From Candidatus Iainarchaeum sp. (GTDB lineage Archaea > Iainarchaeota > Iainarchaeia > Iainarchaeales > JAFCCW01), in contig JAFCCW010000016.1 of the NCBI GenBank assembly GCA_017609985.1, positions 1 through 17,208 of the forward strand: 17,208 nt of DNA, read 5' to 3'. The translations under genes were made by a program, and so were the position numbers. Of this stretch, positions 15,424 through 17,208 are shown piece by piece (the stretch's first letter is position 1; the number at the start of each line of letters is the position of its first letter). The notes under the pieces were generated by a model. That model was not told the origin of the DNA, ran no database searches, and was given only the letters and a program-made list of their open reading frames with translations.

Positions 15424-16563
15424 ATGACTAAAACACAAGATTATTATAAGATTCTTGGCTTGAGGAAAGAAGCTTCTTTAGACGAAGTTAAATCTGCTTA
15501 CAAAAAACTCGCAAAAAAATATCACCCTGATTTAAATAAGGAACAGGGAAGTGAAGAAAAATTCAAGGAAGTGCTTGAAGCATACCAAATTTTATCAGAC
15601 CCTCAAAAGAAATCAAACTATGACCAGTTTGGACATGCATCTGAAGGATTTAGTGGATTTCAGGGATTTGAAGGACAACAAGACTTTGATTTTTCAGATA
15701 TTTTTGGGGGCTTCGGAGGTTTTAGCGAATTTGGGAGCATGGCTGATACTTTAAGGCAGGCATTCAGCAGCAGAAACAGAACAAGAAACACATCATTAAG
15801 AGGAACAGACCTTGCAGTGGATTTATCGCTCAGTTTTGAAGAAGCAGCATTTGGAGTGGAAAAAAACATTTCAGTCACGAGAATTGAAGAATGTTCTGCT
15901 TGCAAAGGAAAGGGTGGCAAAGGCGAAGAAACTTGTGTCAAGTGCAATGGTTCAGGAGTGCTGACTGAAAACAGAAGAACCCCGTTTGGAATATTCAGAA
16001 CACAAACAACTTGCCCAAAATGTGGAGGAAACGGCAAGACAATAAAAAACATTTGCAAAAAATGCAGTGGCGCAGGAAGACTTAAAGCAAAAAAGAATAT
16101 TAAGATAAAAATTCCTGCAGGAATTGACTCTGGAAATCATTTAAGAATGGAAGGAGAAGGAAATGCAGGAAGCAATGGCGGACAGTCTGGAGACTTGTTT
16201 ATTGTAATATTTGTAGAACCGCACAAGTTATTCAAGAGAGACGGAGCAGATATTTTCACAGAAGTTCCAATTTCGTTCGCAGAATCTGCACTTGGAACAA
16301 AACTTGAGGTTCCAATTCTGAAAGGAGAAGCAACAGTCAAGATTCCTGCTGGAACCCAGACAGACACTATTTTTAGATTAAGCGAAAAAGGAATCAAAAA
16401 AATTAGTGAAAAAGGATACGGAGACGAATATGTAAAAGTAATTATTCAAACGCCAAAGAAACTGAACAAAAAACAGAAGAAATTGTTTAAAGAGCTTGAG
16501 AAAGAAGAAAAGCTCGCAAAGAAAAGAAAAAACTTCTTCAGTAAATTCAGGCACTCTGATTAA
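15424..16563 (+). CDS. dnaJ: Chaperone DnaJ (class A)
   Basis: J domain with HPD, G/F-rich linker, four CxxCxGxG repeats, C-terminal IPAG..GDL. Confidence 0.98.
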   Translation: MTKTQDYYKILGLRKEASLDEVKSAYKKLAKKYHPDLNKEQGSEEKFKEVLEAYQILSDPQKKSNYDQFGHASEGFSGFQGFEGQQDFDFSDIFGGFGGFSEFGSMADTLRQAFSSRNRTRNTSLRGTDLAVDLSLSFEEAAFGVEKNISVTRIEECSACKGKGGKGEETCVKCNGSGVLTENRRTPFGIFRTQTTCPKCGGNGKTIKNICKKCSGAGRLKAKKNIKIKIPAGIDSGNHLRMEGEGNAGSNGGQSGDLFIVIFVEPHKLFKRDGADIFTEVPISFAESALGTKLEVPILKGEATVKIPAGTQTDTIFRLSEKGIKKISEKGYGDEYVKVIIQTPKKLNKKQKKLFKELEKEEKLAKKRKNFFSKFRHSD

Positions 16564-16593
16564 ATTGCAGTTACATAAAACAGCAAAAAACAA

Positions 16594-17091
16594 TTAAACC
16601 GGCAAAAAACCATTCAGAAAAGAGAACGCTCCGATTGACAAGCCAGTCCAGAGCATACCGTTAAAGAACATGCCCACCGCATTTGCAATGAAGAGCTTGC
16701 GGTAACCGAACTTTAGAAGGAATGCAGCAAGAGTTCCAGAGTAAGTGCCCGATCCAGGGAGAGGAATAAAGATGAAGAGCGAGAGACCAAGAACGCCGTA
16801 CTTTTCTACATAAGGAGTTGCTTTTCTCTGCACTTTCATTACCTCGTTGTTGTAAAAGCGATTGAAGAAGTTTACTTTCAAAACAAGGTCGAGAAATTTT
16901 TCAAGGCAGAAATAAATTACTGGAGCAAGAGCAATGTGAATCAAAACGCTTGCGATAAAGACAGGAAACCAGGGAAGACCCCAGACAAGAATTGCCGCGG
17001 GAATTGTTGCACGAAGCTCGCTCAAGGGAATCAGATTCATTAAAAAAAGCCAGAGCCAGGGATTCGAGGTTAAGAGTGCAATATCAAGCAT
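16594..17091 (-). CDS. COG2426 / putative small multidrug export family membrane protein
   Basis: Hydrophobic 165-aa protein with P..ELR..IP and F..IPLPGSG..SG.LAA.LL family motifs. Confidence 0.82.
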   Translation of the reverse strand: MLDIALLTSNPWLWLFLMNLIPLSELRATIPAAILVWGLPWFPVFIASVLIHIALAPVIYFCLEKFLDLVLKVNFFNRFYNNEVMKVQRKATPYVEKYGVLGLSLFIFIPLPGSGTYSGTLAAFLLKFGYRKLFIANAVGMFFNGMLWTGLSIGAFSFLNGFLPV

Positions 17092-17208
17092 TCAAGAAGA
17101 AAAGAAGTTACATCTCTTTAAAAAGATTTTTGTGAAGAGATTAATATAGCTAAAAAAATTGCAGAATTGCCTTTAAACGGCCTAGAAGAAAACGGGGGAA
17201 GGGAGCAC

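Noticed and set aside
14739-15425. 228-aa minus-strand ORF and the many other short overlapping ORFs
   Set aside because: They are antisense or alternative-frame shadows of confident genes, with F/L/S-rich composition expected from A-rich codons and no recognisable motifs.
17171-17208. Possible start of an RNA gene (G-rich run after CTTTAAAC) or end of a minus-strand CDS
   Set aside because: Truncated by the window edge; too little sequence to call.

Overview
Gene-dense, AT-rich window from an archaeon. The evidence is TATA-like boxes ~25-35 bp before starts, probable leaderless genes, a bifunctional FBP aldolase/phosphatase and an archaeal-type DnaK; a DPANN lineage is my inference. There are three blocks. 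(1) ~0.1-10.2 kb is a nucleotide-sugar precursor cluster: WbpO/TviB-like dehydrogenase, UDP-GlcA decarboxylase, WbpP-like epimerase, UDP-Glc dehydrogenase, three sugar-1-P nucleotidyltransferase paralogs, an SDR epimerase with an HldD-like motif, a TIM-barrel enzyme and an embedded FBP aldolase/phosphatase. (2) ~10.2-12.8 kb is a deaminase + phosphorylase + Hpt purine/MTA salvage trio. (3) grpE-dnaK-dnaJ is followed by a COG2426 membrane protein. Two signals stand out. One is a NikR/CopG-type ribbon-helix-helix domain fused to a nucleotidyltransferase with degenerate catalytic motifs, a candidate sugar-nucleotide-sensing regulator of the cluster. The other is a 71-bp GC-rich element that folds into three hairpins and sits between two perfect 25-bp copies of the ugd 3' end. 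No tRNA, rRNA, CRISPR array, transposase or integrase was found. All motif and structure calls were made by eye.
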